Positions 1-9,806 of a stretch of 45,903 nucleotides of DNA are shown in pieces. The DNA is from Candidatus Falkowbacteria bacterium LH_S3 (GTDB lineage: Bacteria; Patescibacteriota; Patescibacteriia; Patescibacteriales; JAGXOH01), in the NCBI GenBank assembly GCA_023659985.1, contig JAGXOH010000002.1, positions 1-45,903 on the forward strand. The letters are read 5' to 3'. The notes under the pieces were generated by a model that did not search any database, was not told where the DNA came from, and was given only the letters and a program-made list of their open reading frames with translations. Position 1 is the stretch's first letter. Every line of letters starts with the position of its first letter. Position numbers and translations under genes: made by a program.

Positions 1-142
1 TCTTACTTCTTACTTTTTACTTCTTACCTCTTACTTTTTATTTGACATTTGAGCTTTGGATTTTGGATTTCATTTAAATTTTGGTTTTGCGTTTTTAACT
101 TTGAGTTTTGCGTTTCAACTATATTTCATTTAATTTTTGGTT
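1..142. repeat. Low-complexity ~7-mer mosaic tract (window edge)
   Basis: Repeated TTCTTAC/TTTTGGA/TTTTGCG units. Blocks are shared with 18830-19175, 33876-34170 and 38075-38500. Confidence 0.75.
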
Positions 143-1855
143 TTACCTCCCTATCCCTTTATAAACAATCCCCGCTTCAATAAATTTTTCCTTAGGCAGG
201 CAATTGCGGCCGTCAATCACGACCTTGACTCCATTTTTCAAAAAATAATCTGGCGTTAATTCTTTAAATACTTTATGCGCTGTAGCGATAATAATCGCTT
301 CCGCTCCTTTAATCGCTTCGTCTAGACTCTTTGTTGTTGATTTTTCCAAAATAAACGGGTCATAAGAAATAACTTCTGCTCCGTAATCTTTTAGAGATTT
401 TATAATTTCAAACGAGGAACTTTCACGACAATCGTCAATTTCCGGCTTGTAGGAAAGACCAAGAACCGCAACCCGCGCGCCGTTTATGGCGATTTTTTTC
501 TCATTTAATCCTTTTGCCGCTATTCCTGCGGTAAATTTTGGCATTTTATCGTTAATTCTCCTGGCTAAAGCCAAAAAATCATGCTCAAAGCCATTTTTCT
601 TAGCATGTTCAATTAAATAATAAGGATCAATTGGTATGCAATGTCCGCCAACGCCACAACCGGGAAAATAAGTCATAAAACCAAATGGTTTTGTTGCGGC
701 GCCATCAATGACATTTGCGACATCAATACCAAGGCGCGAAAAAGACATTGCCAATTCATTCACAAAAGCGATATTTATATCGATAAAAGTGTTTTCAACG
801 ATTTTAGTTGCCTCTGCTTCTTTAAGCGATGACATCGGTTTCACTTCGCCGGAAATGATTGATTGATAAAATTCAATTGCTTTTTGAAGACCAATTTTAT
901 CAAAACTGCCGACAACGCGGGGAGTATTTTCTACATTCCATTTTTTGTTTCCTGGCTGTATCCGTTCTGGACAATGCGCAAGATAAAAATCTTTTCCGCA
1001 TTTTAATCCAGACTCTTTTTCCAAAATAGGCAAAACAATGTTTTCGCAAACGCTCGGATTGACAGTTGATTCTAAAATTACAAGTTGGTCTTTTTGGATA
1101 AATGGTGCTATGTTGTCGCAGGCATTCTTAACCGGTTCAAGATTAGGCGTATGATTTTTATAAACAGGCGTCGGAACACAAATAATAATGACTGAGGTGT
1201 CTTTTATTCTGCTGACATCTGTTGTTGCTTCCAAAGATGAATTTTTTAACTGTTCGGCTATTTCTTGTTCAGCAAATGGAGAGATGCGATTATTTAACAA
1301 TTTTGCTTTTTCAGAATCAACATCTATGCCAATGACTTTATGTCCTTTTCTATTGGTTAATAAAGCCAAAGGAAGCCCCATATATCCGAGTCCGATTATT
1401 GAAATTATTTTTTCGCTTTGAATTTGACTTAAAAGTTTTTCATATCTTTGTTTATGGTGCTCTTCAGTCTTGGCAATAGATTTTAATATAGCCGCGACAT
1501 GAGTTAAGCCCTCTTCTTCAGCCTTGGTAGCAAAAGAAGGATACATATCAGAGTGTTCACAGTTTTCACCCGCTATAGCTGCTTTTAAGTTTTTTTCAGT
1601 TGTTCCATATTCAGTCAGGGCTTCAGCTTCAACGGTTATATGTTCCATGTTTTCGTTAATTTCCTTCTTAAGTTCTTGAATGTGTTTGAATAATCTTTTG
1701 GCATGGGTTTTTTCTTGTTCGGCTGTTTCTATAAAAATCCCTGATATTTGTTCATAGCCTTCTTTTTTCGCCACTTTAGCATAATAAGTATATCGGTTTA
1801 TGGCTTGGCTTTTTCCAATAAAAGCTTTTGTTAAATTTTTAATAGTTTCCTTCAT
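143..1855 (-). CDS. Rubrerythrin (ferritin-like) domain fused to nucleotide-sugar dehydrogenase (WecC/TviB-like)
   Basis: aa1-147 carry EQEKTHAKRL, GENCEH, EEHH. Then Rossmann GLGYMG, CVPTP, ILESTV, PERI, GVGGHCIPIDP, YKPEIDDCRES. Confidence 0.85.
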   Translation of the reverse strand: MKETIKNLTKAFIGKSQAINRYTYYAKVAKKEGYEQISGIFIETAEQEKTHAKRLFKHIQELKKEINENMEHITVEAEALTEYGTTEKNLKAAIAGENCEHSDMYPSFATKAEEEGLTHVAAILKSIAKTEEHHKQRYEKLLSQIQSEKIISIIGLGYMGLPLALLTNRKGHKVIGIDVDSEKAKLLNNRISPFAEQEIAEQLKNSSLEATTDVSRIKDTSVIIICVPTPVYKNHTPNLEPVKNACDNIAPFIQKDQLVILESTVNPSVCENIVLPILEKESGLKCGKDFYLAHCPERIQPGNKKWNVENTPRVVGSFDKIGLQKAIEFYQSIISGEVKPMSSLKEAEATKIVENTFIDINIAFVNELAMSFSRLGIDVANVIDGAATKPFGFMTYFPGCGVGGHCIPIDPYYLIEHAKKNGFEHDFLALARRINDKMPKFTAGIAAKGLNEKKIAINGARVAVLGLSYKPEIDDCRESSSFEIIKSLKDYGAEVISYDPFILEKSTTKSLDEAIKGAEAIIIATAHKVFKELTPDYFLKNGVKVVIDGRNCLPKEKFIEAGIVYKGIGR

Positions 1856-1922
1856 AAGTTTTAAAAAGTTTGATAGCTTTGTTTTACTATTTAAACTTTA
1901 ATTAATTTTTTAGGAATTAATA

Positions 1923-2690
1923 TTATACAGTTAAGTTTCTGTTTTTGCCAACAATAAAAGATAATTTTTGTGAAGACAAGGTGATGTGGGCCGGTGTAGC
2001 CAGTTGAACGCAGTTATCAATTAATAATTTGGCTTTTTTGTTATGAGTATTTAGCTTTTTAAACTCAAAATAACTTTTATTAGTTTCAAAAGAAGAAGCA
2101 AATGAAAATAAGTGTTTGTTTTTTGAAAAAATATATAGATCTAAAGAGTTGTTTGTGGGATTTGTTTTAATGTCATAACTAAAATTAATAATTCTTATAG
2201 TTCCGGATCGTTTTAATTTTACTGAATATTCTTTATTTATTTCCAGGTATTCATTAGGATTTTCTATTTTTATTTCTGATAAAAAGTAAGAGTTATTAAT
2301 TTGTCCAATATTAATCTTTAAGGTTCTTCTTGCCAACAATATTTCGCACGCACCCTCCCAATCATTCACCCCTAAAGTTGAGGACATTTTATTATTATTC
2401 TTTTCTCCTAAGGGGATAATTCCTAGTGTGAACCCTTGGTTTATGTTTTTAGTTTTGGCAATAGCAATAGAATTAATCACTTTGTGGACAGTAGAATCAT
2501 CTCCCACCACTACTACATTTTTAAGGCCAGTTTCGGCTTTTTTTTGAAGTTCGTAGGGTATATTTTTTATTTCTTTCAATTTTAAAATTTTACCGTTAAT
2601 TCCTATATCAGTAAGTCTTTTTTCAATATTAGTAATGGTTTTGAGGTGCTTTTTTTTATTAACAAAAGCATCATATATATAAAGATACAT
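1923..2690 (-). CDS. Diacylglycerol kinase catalytic-domain-like protein
   Basis: VVVVGDDSTV (GGDGT-like) and LGIIPLG..N motifs. Confidence 0.65.
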   Translation of the reverse strand: MYLYIYDAFVNKKKHLKTITNIEKRLTDIGINGKILKLKEIKNIPYELQKKAETGLKNVVVVGDDSTVHKVINSIAIAKTKNINQGFTLGIIPLGEKNNNKMSSTLGVNDWEGACEILLARRTLKINIGQINNSYFLSEIKIENPNEYLEINKEYSVKLKRSGTIRIINFSYDIKTNPTNNSLDLYIFSKNKHLFSFASSFETNKSYFEFKKLNTHNKKAKLLIDNCVQLATPAHITLSSQKLSFIVGKNRNLTV

Positions 2691-2739
2691 AAAACAAAAG
2701 AGTTAAAAGCACTCTTTTTTTGGGTGCCATTTAAGAAAG

Positions 2740-3147
2740 TTAGCTTTGTCCTTGGTTCTCTTTTTGCTTAACTTCTTTTTTAGCAGGTTGCCCCATGCTA
2801 CATTTTCCGTTTAAGAGGGCGCCCTTTTCCACTGACAAGGAAGAGCATTGAATATTTCCGTTTATTTTAGCAGAAGCTGTGATTTCCAGATGTCCATCTA
2901 TTGTTACGTTTCCTTCAACTACCCCGCCAATACGAGATGTTTGAGCCTCAATGTTGGCGGTTATTTTGGCTTTATCTCCGATAAGAATGTAATTATCGGT
3001 TTTTAAGGAGCCCACCACTTCTCCTTCTACTATAATATTACCTTTTCCTTGAAAATTACCCTTAACTTTAAGGCCAGATCCGATAATTGTTTCAGCTGAT
3101 TTTTTAGTTTCTTCGGCTTCATTGTTTTTAAACATATTGTTGCCCAA
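2740..3147 (-). CDS. Bactofilin (polymer-forming cytoskeletal protein)
   Basis: ETIIGSGLKVKGN, IIVEG.V.G, LSVEKGALLNGKC beta-helix pattern. Start may be the ATG ~12 nt downstream. Confidence 0.9.
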   Translation of the reverse strand: MGNNMFKNNEAEETKKSAETIIGSGLKVKGNFQGKGNIIVEGEVVGSLKTDNYILIGDKAKITANIEAQTSRIGGVVEGNVTIDGHLEITASAKINGNIQCSSLSVEKGALLNGKCSMGQPAKKEVKQKENQGQS

Positions 3148-3354
3148 TTTTAAAATAATTTTATAAAATTATTGTTTATTTATGTTACTCTATGATTGAC
3201 ATACTGTCAAAACAAAGGTAATGTATTTTTTAGTGTAATGATAATTTATTAAATTAGTTAAATTAAATAGAGTAAGTTTACTAAATTGTTAAAATAAAAA
3301 TATAAATTTAAAACAGAGTTTAGTTTTAATATTGTTATTCATCAATAAATTAAA

Positions 3355-3549
3355 AATAAGACTTTAGTCTACGCATACGTGGACTAAAGTTAAGAGAATA
3401 AACTAGAAATAAGACTTTAGTCCAGGGTGTCGTAGACTAAAGTTAAGAGAATAAACTAGAAATAGGACTTTAGTCTACGCATACGTGGACTTAAGTTGTG
3501 GATAAATTAAAAATTAAAATTTTAGTCCAGGATGTCGTGGACTTAAGTT
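3355..3549. repeat. Array of four 30-bp palindromes (ACTTWAGTCYAS-N6-STRGACTWAAGT) spaced 53/53/52 bp
   Basis: Units start at 3361, 3414, 3467 and 3519. The first two linkers are near-identical. One DnaA box TGTGGATAA at 3497-3505. Confidence 0.9.
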
Positions 3550-3578
3550 AATAGTAAAAATTCATTCTATTTTTAAAA

Positions 3579-3652
3579 GGGCCTATAGCTCAGTTGGTTA
3601 GAGCGCCTGCATGGCATGCAGGAGGTCACCGGTTCGAGTCCGGTTAGGTCCA
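3579..3652 (+). tRNA. tRNA-Ala(GGC), CCA not encoded
   Basis: GGGCCTA/TAGGTCC acceptor stem, CCTGC-AT-GGC-AT-GCAGG anticodon arm, GGTTCGAGTCC T-arm. Confidence 0.95.
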
Positions 3653-3924
3653 CAGTGCGATTAATTACTATTATTTTTAAAGTTTTTGTATAGTTTTATG
3701 TAATGATTAATATTAACCATTACATTGATAAGCCGTTTCTTTATAAACCCAAAATCAAGTATACAAGGGCTTTTAGTAGACGTTTTTATAAATTTAAGAC
3801 AAAAATATAAACAATAAAAGTATAAAAAATAGGGAAACAAAAAAATACAGTTTTTAATTTCCCTATATTAAATTTTATTTTTAGAATCAATCAAACTAAT
3901 CTTGTTTTACTTTAAAAATAAAGT

Positions 3925-4302
3925 TTACATAATATCTTTATAATGGCTAATCGTTATAATTTCCTTAACTTTTTTGTAGGTTAATTGGAGGAGATCTATT
4001 CTTGTATCATTAAACACTATTTTTTTTTGGTGGCAGTATCTTCCCACTCCTTTTTTTATGTTTTTTATTTGTTTTCTCGTTAATAATATTTCGGATTTGT
4101 TAAAAGGTTTTTCCAAATTAGTTTTTACTTCTATAAAAACAATGCTCGATTTTTGTTGAGCTATGATATCCAACTCATAATAACCAAGTTTTATGTTACT
4201 TCCAATTATTTTATAATTATGTTTTTGTAAATAATATTTGGCAACAATTTCTCCTTTTTTGCCTAATTGGTAATAAAAATGTGAAGACATATAAAAAACC
4301 AC
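3925..4302 (-). CDS. yraN: YraN family putative endonuclease
   Basis: LGKKGE..A..YL, ELDIIA, IVFIEVK, RIDLL motifs. Confidence 0.88.
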   Translation of the reverse strand: MVFYMSSHFYYQLGKKGEIVAKYYLQKHNYKIIGSNIKLGYYELDIIAQQKSSIVFIEVKTNLEKPFNKSEILLTRKQIKNIKKGVGRYCHQKKIVFNDTRIDLLQLTYKKVKEIITISHYKDIM

Positions 4303-4326
4303 TGTTAGGCAAACATTATGCTAATG

Positions 4327-4731
4327 TTAGGAAATATATTTACTGTATTGCTCTTTTTCTTTACGAATTTCAATGCGTTTAGATAGAGTTTTAAAAAGCT
4401 TGATTATAAAAAATAACCATATTGCCATTTCTAAAAACCATATCACAAACCAAAAACGAGACGAGAAAAAGGGGATTGTTTGGTAATTAAAAAACCAAAT
4501 CAACCCCCCTAAAACAGTATTGGTTATAGAAAAATAGTAAAGTTGCCTCCAGGCTAGTAAGAATTGATTTTTCTTTCTTTTTTTATTTTTCTTTTTTAAA
4601 TAAAATAAAGAGGTGAAAATTAAAAATAAAACAATTAAAATTATAAGCGTATATTCATAAATATTCATTAATTGTCCCGTTCTCATATCTAACCAAAAGT
4701 TCCAACTAATCAATTTGTCAACAATCTCCAT
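4327..4731 (-). CDS. Hypothetical membrane protein (3 TM)
   Basis: Hydrophobic segments, PFFSSRFW, and position in a co-oriented gene run. Confidence 0.7.
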   Translation of the reverse strand: MEIVDKLISWNFWLDMRTGQLMNIYEYTLIILIVLFLIFTSLFYLKKKNKKRKKNQFLLAWRQLYYFSITNTVLGGLIWFFNYQTIPFFSSRFWFVIWFLEMAIWLFFIIKLFKTLSKRIEIRKEKEQYSKYIS

Positions 4732-4767
4732 AAAATTTGAATTTTGAAATTATAAGCACTTAACTAT

Positions 4768-5319
4768 TTATTTAATAAATAAGGCTCCATAATGATATGT
4801 TCCTGCCTCAAATTCTTCTTCTAAGGACAACCCTAACTTTTGAATACTTTGTTTTAAGGATTCTTTTTTAACCTTAGCTTCGGCAGGTGGTCCAATAGGA
4901 GTTGCAACATTCTTCCATTCCACGATCAGTAAATAGCAACCCTTTTTGATTAATCTTATGCTTTCTCGTAGTAATGCAGCTCTTTGCTCTGATTGATATA
5001 AAGTATTTATTAGCAAGCCAACATCTAATGATTCTGATTCAATTTTGGTTGCTTTAAATATTTCTAGGTCACTCCATACAGTTTCTATATTAGTATATCC
5101 TTCTTGCTCAATCCTTTTATTTAGATTAGTTAATACACTTTTCATTATATCCACTGCATACACTTTACCTTTATTTCCAACAATTCTGGCTGCTGGGAAT
5201 ACAAATTGTCCGGCAGAGCCGCAACCCAAGCCAGCTATTGAGTTACCTTCTTTTACTTGAGCCTTTTCTAAAATAAAATCTGGGTTTAGCAAATAGGCTC
5301 CACCTGTTTTTTCGTTCAT
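4768..5319 (-). CDS. Class I SAM-dependent methyltransferase
   Basis: GLGCGSAG, VYAVDI, LLIVEW..GPP motifs. Confidence 0.85.
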   Translation of the reverse strand: MNEKTGGAYLLNPDFILEKAQVKEGNSIAGLGCGSAGQFVFPAARIVGNKGKVYAVDIMKSVLTNLNKRIEQEGYTNIETVWSDLEIFKATKIESESLDVGLLINTLYQSEQRAALLRESIRLIKKGCYLLIVEWKNVATPIGPPAEAKVKKESLKQSIQKLGLSLEEEFEAGTYHYGALFIK

Positions 5320-5378
5320 ATTTATTAAGAATTATTAATATTATTATATTATAATTATTTTTCTAAGTAAATAAGACT

Positions 5379-6056
5379 TTATTTCACCAAGATTTGTTTT
5401 TTTACTATATTTTTTTTACTATATTTTTTTTGCGCTGTTATGGTTATGGTATTAACACCTTTTTTTAAAGCAATTTTTTCCGTAAAATCTCCATTATTAT
5501 TAGTAAGAACAGAGTTGCCGTTTATATAAATTTGAGAATCCGATTCGGTTTCACCTATAATAGATATCTGCCTTTCATTGGTTATAAAATCATTTTTTGG
5601 TTTTTGTATACTCAGATCAGGAGGAGAAACAAAACTTTTTATACAATACCCAAGATAACCAAAACAAACAATAACCACTGCAACAATTATAATATTTTTT
5701 ATAATATGCGGGAAAATTATAAAATTGATTCTTTTTAATTTATTTTTTGAAAAAATAGAAATATTAGATATACCGTTTTGAGGCGCTACTTGCTTCTCTT
5801 TTTGAAAATCATTTAGCAGCTCATCTTTATCTAATCCCAAGAAATTAGTGTATACTTTTAAATATTTTTTTTCATACATCCCGCTGGGCAATTTATTGTA
5901 ATTACCTAACTCTAAAGCTTTCAAATATTCTAATTTTATCTTTGTTTTTTTAGAAGCTTTTTTTAAGGATATGTTTTGTTTAGTTCTTGCTAAATAAAAT
6001 TGTTCTCCAACTGTTTTATTTTCTGTTTGTATTTTATTTTTTTTAAAACCAATCAT
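5379..6056 (-). CDS. RodZ-like HTH protein with TM and C-terminal Ig-like domain
   Basis: TKIKLEYLKALE.G.Y..LP...Y...YLK.Y..FLGLD HTH_25 pattern, one TM helix, LKKGVNTITITA. Confidence 0.8.
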   Translation of the reverse strand: MIGFKKNKIQTENKTVGEQFYLARTKQNISLKKASKKTKIKLEYLKALELGNYNKLPSGMYEKKYLKVYTNFLGLDKDELLNDFQKEKQVAPQNGISNISIFSKNKLKRINFIIFPHIIKNIIIVAVVIVCFGYLGYCIKSFVSPPDLSIQKPKNDFITNERQISIIGETESDSQIYINGNSVLTNNNGDFTEKIALKKGVNTITITAQKKYSKKNIVKKQILVK

Positions 6057-6079
6057 ATTTTGAAAACTAATAAGATTAA

Positions 6080-6544
6080 TTATTTATTCCAGTCCGTGTT
6101 TAAGATATCACTATTCTTGGCTCCTAAGGATTGAGCTGTAAAATTAACTATTATGTAGCTGGAAAAAATAATAACTAAACCAATCACGGCGCCAACCAAT
6201 GCTTTTTTACCGTTTTCTATTGTTTCAGAATTACCACCAGATAACAAAAGCAAAAAACCGCCGTACATAAAAGCCAATAAAGCAAGAGCGCCAACAATAG
6301 CTAAAACAAAGTTAAAAATATTGACTCCTAACCGAATAAAATCATTAAGTTCACAATCACCACAGGCGCGACACTTTTGCATATCGGCCCAAATACTATT
6401 TTCTGAAGTTTCTATAGTTCTTTTTTTTCCTCCTTCCACGCACGTTTTTGTTGTTTCTCCGGCTATTGTTTTTTCAGGAGATCCTATTAATATTAACATT
6501 AGAATTACTCCTAAAATAAGGATTTTATTTATTTTGCTAAACAT
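6080..6544 (-). CDS. VirB2/TrbC-like (CPR-type) pilin
   Basis: Signal peptide, two TM helices around YGGFLLLLSGGNSETIENGKK, and a Cys-rich variable N-terminus. Confidence 0.8.
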   Translation of the reverse strand: MFSKINKILILGVILMLILIGSPEKTIAGETTKTCVEGGKKRTIETSENSIWADMQKCRACGDCELNDFIRLGVNIFNFVLAIVGALALLAFMYGGFLLLLSGGNSETIENGKKALVGAVIGLVIIFSSYIIVNFTAQSLGAKNSDILNTDWNK

Positions 6545-6588
6545 AAGACTGAATTAGAAAAAATAACAGCTTGGTTATTCTTAGTTTT

Positions 6589-7989
6589 TTATTCGTATAT
6601 AGTTTGTTGTACTCTATTTGCTCCGGTTTGAATTATCTCTTTTAGTTTTTTATTCTTTTTATTAGCAGAATCAATCATGTTTTTTATCGCTTTTTCTGCA
6701 GCTAAAGGTCTGGTTCCTTTATACCAGCTTTTGGCTGTTAAAATCTGTTCTGCAAAGGTGCCTATGTCAATATCACTGATCTGTTCGTTTACGAGCGATC
6801 TTAAGGCAGTTGGTTTTTTAGTTTTTTCAAGATATGTTTTAGCCATTTCCGGATTTGTGGTGGCAAAATGAATGAAATCCCAGGCTTCTTGAACGTGTTT
6901 GCTTTTTTGAGAAACAACTTCTACCCAATAGTTGGCATAATTTATTTTTTGAGAACTTTTTTCTATTTGTGGCATATTGGTGACGGAAAAATTTAATTTA
7001 GGTGATTGTGCCTTTATCATGGGTACATGATAGGAATATCCAAATATTATAGCAAGCTTTCCTTGAGCAAATAAATTTAAAGAATTATCAAGAGTATTAT
7101 TCCAACAATAAACTTCTTTTGCCGGATTAGAAAAATCAGTATAAAATCTTAGAGCCTCAAGTCCTGGGTTGTAGTTTTGTTTCTCAAGATAAGAAGGAAC
7201 TATATGAAAACTAACGTTTTGATCTTCCATCATTATAGCTCCGTTTTGCATCATAAGAAGAGAGAGGATATCAGAAGACCTTTGTATATTTTCACTTCCT
7301 CCTAAGGCAACCCCGGATTGAATTAATCTTCCTTTCCTGTCTTGTTTGCTTAGTTTTTTAACAGCTTCTTGAAACTCCCTGTTCCAATATTTAGGCGGAG
7401 TGGCGATCCCGGCATTATTTAAAAGATCTCGATTATAAAACATAGCAAGAGTATCCATATATAGGGGTAGTCCGTAGATCTTATTTTCTTCTTGATCGTT
7501 ATTTTTTACTTTTATAACCACATCATGATAGACAGCATCTACAAATTTTTCTTTAAGTCCTTTTAAGGTAATAGTATTTTTGATTTTAAGAGTAGGGACA
7601 GTTCTTTTTTTTATAGCTCCTTTTTCAACCGGATAAGCCAGATCCAGTTTTTCAGGTAAAGGAGTTATTTTATTTTGGTATTTTTTTACCCATGTATTTT
7701 GAATAGAAAATATATCTGGCCCTCTATCTTCAGCCATAGCGTTTATTAATTTTTCTTCGTATTCATCATACCTAATTTTTCTATAGTTTATAGTGATATT
7801 AGGGTGAATTTTATTATATTTGTTTATAATTTCTTGAAAGGCATCTGCACTATCAAAGGGTCGCCAATAATCAATAGTTATTGGCTCCATTTTTTGTTGA
7901 GCCTCTTTATCTACGGATTTACACCCAAAGCCAGAAGAAAGCAGTCCCACTGCGACCAGGACGATAATAACTATTTTTGTTTTATGCAT
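6589..7989 (-). CDS. ABC transporter extracellular solute-binding lipoprotein (sugar-type)
   Basis: Lipobox GFGC, GPDIF, YGLPLYMDTLAMFYNRDL, AWDFIHF. Confidence 0.88.
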   Translation of the reverse strand: MHKTKIVIIVLVAVGLLSSGFGCKSVDKEAQQKMEPITIDYWRPFDSADAFQEIINKYNKIHPNITINYRKIRYDEYEEKLINAMAEDRGPDIFSIQNTWVKKYQNKITPLPEKLDLAYPVEKGAIKKRTVPTLKIKNTITLKGLKEKFVDAVYHDVVIKVKNNDQEENKIYGLPLYMDTLAMFYNRDLLNNAGIATPPKYWNREFQEAVKKLSKQDRKGRLIQSGVALGGSENIQRSSDILSLLMMQNGAIMMEDQNVSFHIVPSYLEKQNYNPGLEALRFYTDFSNPAKEVYCWNNTLDNSLNLFAQGKLAIIFGYSYHVPMIKAQSPKLNFSVTNMPQIEKSSQKINYANYWVEVVSQKSKHVQEAWDFIHFATTNPEMAKTYLEKTKKPTALRSLVNEQISDIDIGTFAEQILTAKSWYKGTRPLAAEKAIKNMIDSANKKNKKLKEIIQTGANRVQQTIYE

Positions 7990-8105
7990 AAGTTAAAAAA
8001 TTATTTGTAAACAAGTTTAATATAAAAATACCAAATCTATCTGGATTTTAGCTACTCTTAGAAGTATTTGTTTTTATTATAACACAAGAGCCTTTTTATC
8101 AAAAA

Positions 8106-9800
8106 CTAAAACTTATTTTTTATAAACTCCATATGTTTTAAAAAATATAAAGCAATATAAATTAGCCAGATCGTGCCAATAAAAGAAAGAATCAAAAATA
8201 AACATATGGGCCAAAATATATTTGCGGTAAGATTTTGAAATAATAACCAAGCTCCAATAGAGCCGTAAGATAGAGATCCAATAGTAAATCCTATTCCTGG
8301 CAAAGATGTGCTTAAAACCGAAGGATCGTCGGTTTCAAAATTAGGGAAAATAGCTCCAAGGGATAACCCTAAAACTACAATAAATATAATAGTGCTAAAA
8401 AAAAGAATAAAAGTAATAACAGAAGCTGTTAATGACAGATTTAATATTAATAAATTTGTGTATCCGATGAGAATTCCTATTGTTAAAAAAAGAGGAAGAT
8501 AAAATAACAATTTTGACCAAAAAATTTTACTTTTTTTCATAGGAGAACTGCTCAGTATCCAAGAAGTATCCTTTTCCATACTAAAACAAGGAAAAACAAA
8601 CCTTAAAACAAAAGCGCTAATAAAGAAGATTCCGGTTAAAAATTGAAGGATATAAGCTATTATGGGAAATAAATCTATATTTATACTGTATTTGGCGATA
8701 TTTTTGCTTAACATCAGATTAACTCCGACTTGTATCATCCAAATAAACATCAAAAAACCAAACCACAAAAGACCGCGCGTATTTCTACTTGACACTAAGA
8801 ATTCTTTTTTCAGTAGTGTCGTAGAAACGTTTTTTCCCCAAATAAAAGAATCTTTTTTTGTGTTTTTGTTTTTAATTTTGGTTCTTGCTGTAAAAAGTCC
8901 TTCTTGTAATTTTTGCCAAATAGGTAAAAACCATTCAGTAGCTAACCACAAAAAACTTAAGACAATGATAGTCATTAAAAACATAATAGTGGTGTAGTAA
9001 TATCCTCCAATCACATTTCCTGCTTGAAATTCAAATATGGCCTTTGCCACTGGATGAGTTGGTGAATATGTGAAATTTTCACTAATCCTGGACACCACGG
9101 ATTCGGATGTTTGCAGATCCTGGGCATTAAATAAAGAGATTAGATCTATGGAAAAATTTTGATGCCAGATTAAAATACCCCCAAAAAAAACAAAAATCAA
9201 TAAGCAAATAGCTAAATTTTTAAGGTTAAGAAAATTTTTATTTATTAAAGAAGATAATCCTTGCAACATCCGACCCGTAATCAATATGGCTAACAACATT
9301 AAGGATGTCGCAAAGATGGTTAAAAAAACAATTGATAACAAAGAGACCAGAAGAGGAATTAGCTTTAAACCGAATACGCTGTGAGCGGCTAGTAAGCTGG
9401 GTAAAACTATTATTATCAGAGGCCATAGCGAGGCAAAAAAAGCATTAACAAGCACTACTCCGGGTAAGATTTTATAAGACGGGGTTGCCAGTAGCCAGTC
9501 ATTTTTTTCTTTTTTAAATAAAGAAAATAGGCTGGAAATAAAAGAGCTGATAGCAATAAGAAGAAAAATAAACAATAAATAAACTTCATAGCTATACAAT
9601 GTAACAGCTTGCGCAAAAAAGGGATAGGATTGTATATAAGAAAATCCTTTAACAAAAAAGAAGTAAACAGCTACGCCTAAACCTGTAAAAATAGCTATAA
9701 AACAAGCTAAAACTATTAATTTAGCTGTTTTTCTGCTTAGGAAAATTTTTTTTATTTTTTGTAATTGGTAACGTAAAAGCAGCTTTATCATAATAAGCAA
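8106..9800 (-). CDS. Putative ABC exporter permease
   Basis: Multi-TM protein directly downstream of an ABC ATPase. FSME...WIL.SSP and GAIFPNFET motifs. Confidence 0.8.
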   Translation of the reverse strand: MLIMIKLLLRYQLQKIKKIFLSRKTAKLIVLACFIAIFTGLGVAVYFFFVKGFSYIQSYPFFAQAVTLYSYEVYLLFIFLLIAISSFISSLFSLFKKEKNDWLLATPSYKILPGVVLVNAFFASLWPLIIIVLPSLLAAHSVFGLKLIPLLVSLLSIVFLTIFATSLMLLAILITGRMLQGLSSLINKNFLNLKNLAICLLIFVFFGGILIWHQNFSIDLISLFNAQDLQTSESVVSRISENFTYSPTHPVAKAIFEFQAGNVIGGYYYTTIMFLMTIIVLSFLWLATEWFLPIWQKLQEGLFTARTKIKNKNTKKDSFIWGKNVSTTLLKKEFLVSSRNTRGLLWFGFLMFIWMIQVGVNLMLSKNIAKYSINIDLFPIIAYILQFLTGIFFISAFVLRFVFPCFSMEKDTSWILSSSPMKKSKIFWSKLLFYLPLFLTIGILIGYTNLLILNLSLTASVITFILFFSTIIFIVVLGLSLGAIFPNFETDDPSVLSTSLPGIGFTIGSLSYGSIGAWLLFQNLTANIFWPICLFLILSFIGTIWLIYIALYFLKHMEFIKNKF

Positions 9801-9806
9801 ATATTA

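Noticed and set aside
3355..3549. CRISPR array
   Set aside because: The linkers repeat rather than being unique spacers, variation lies inside the palindrome core, and there are no cas genes in the window.
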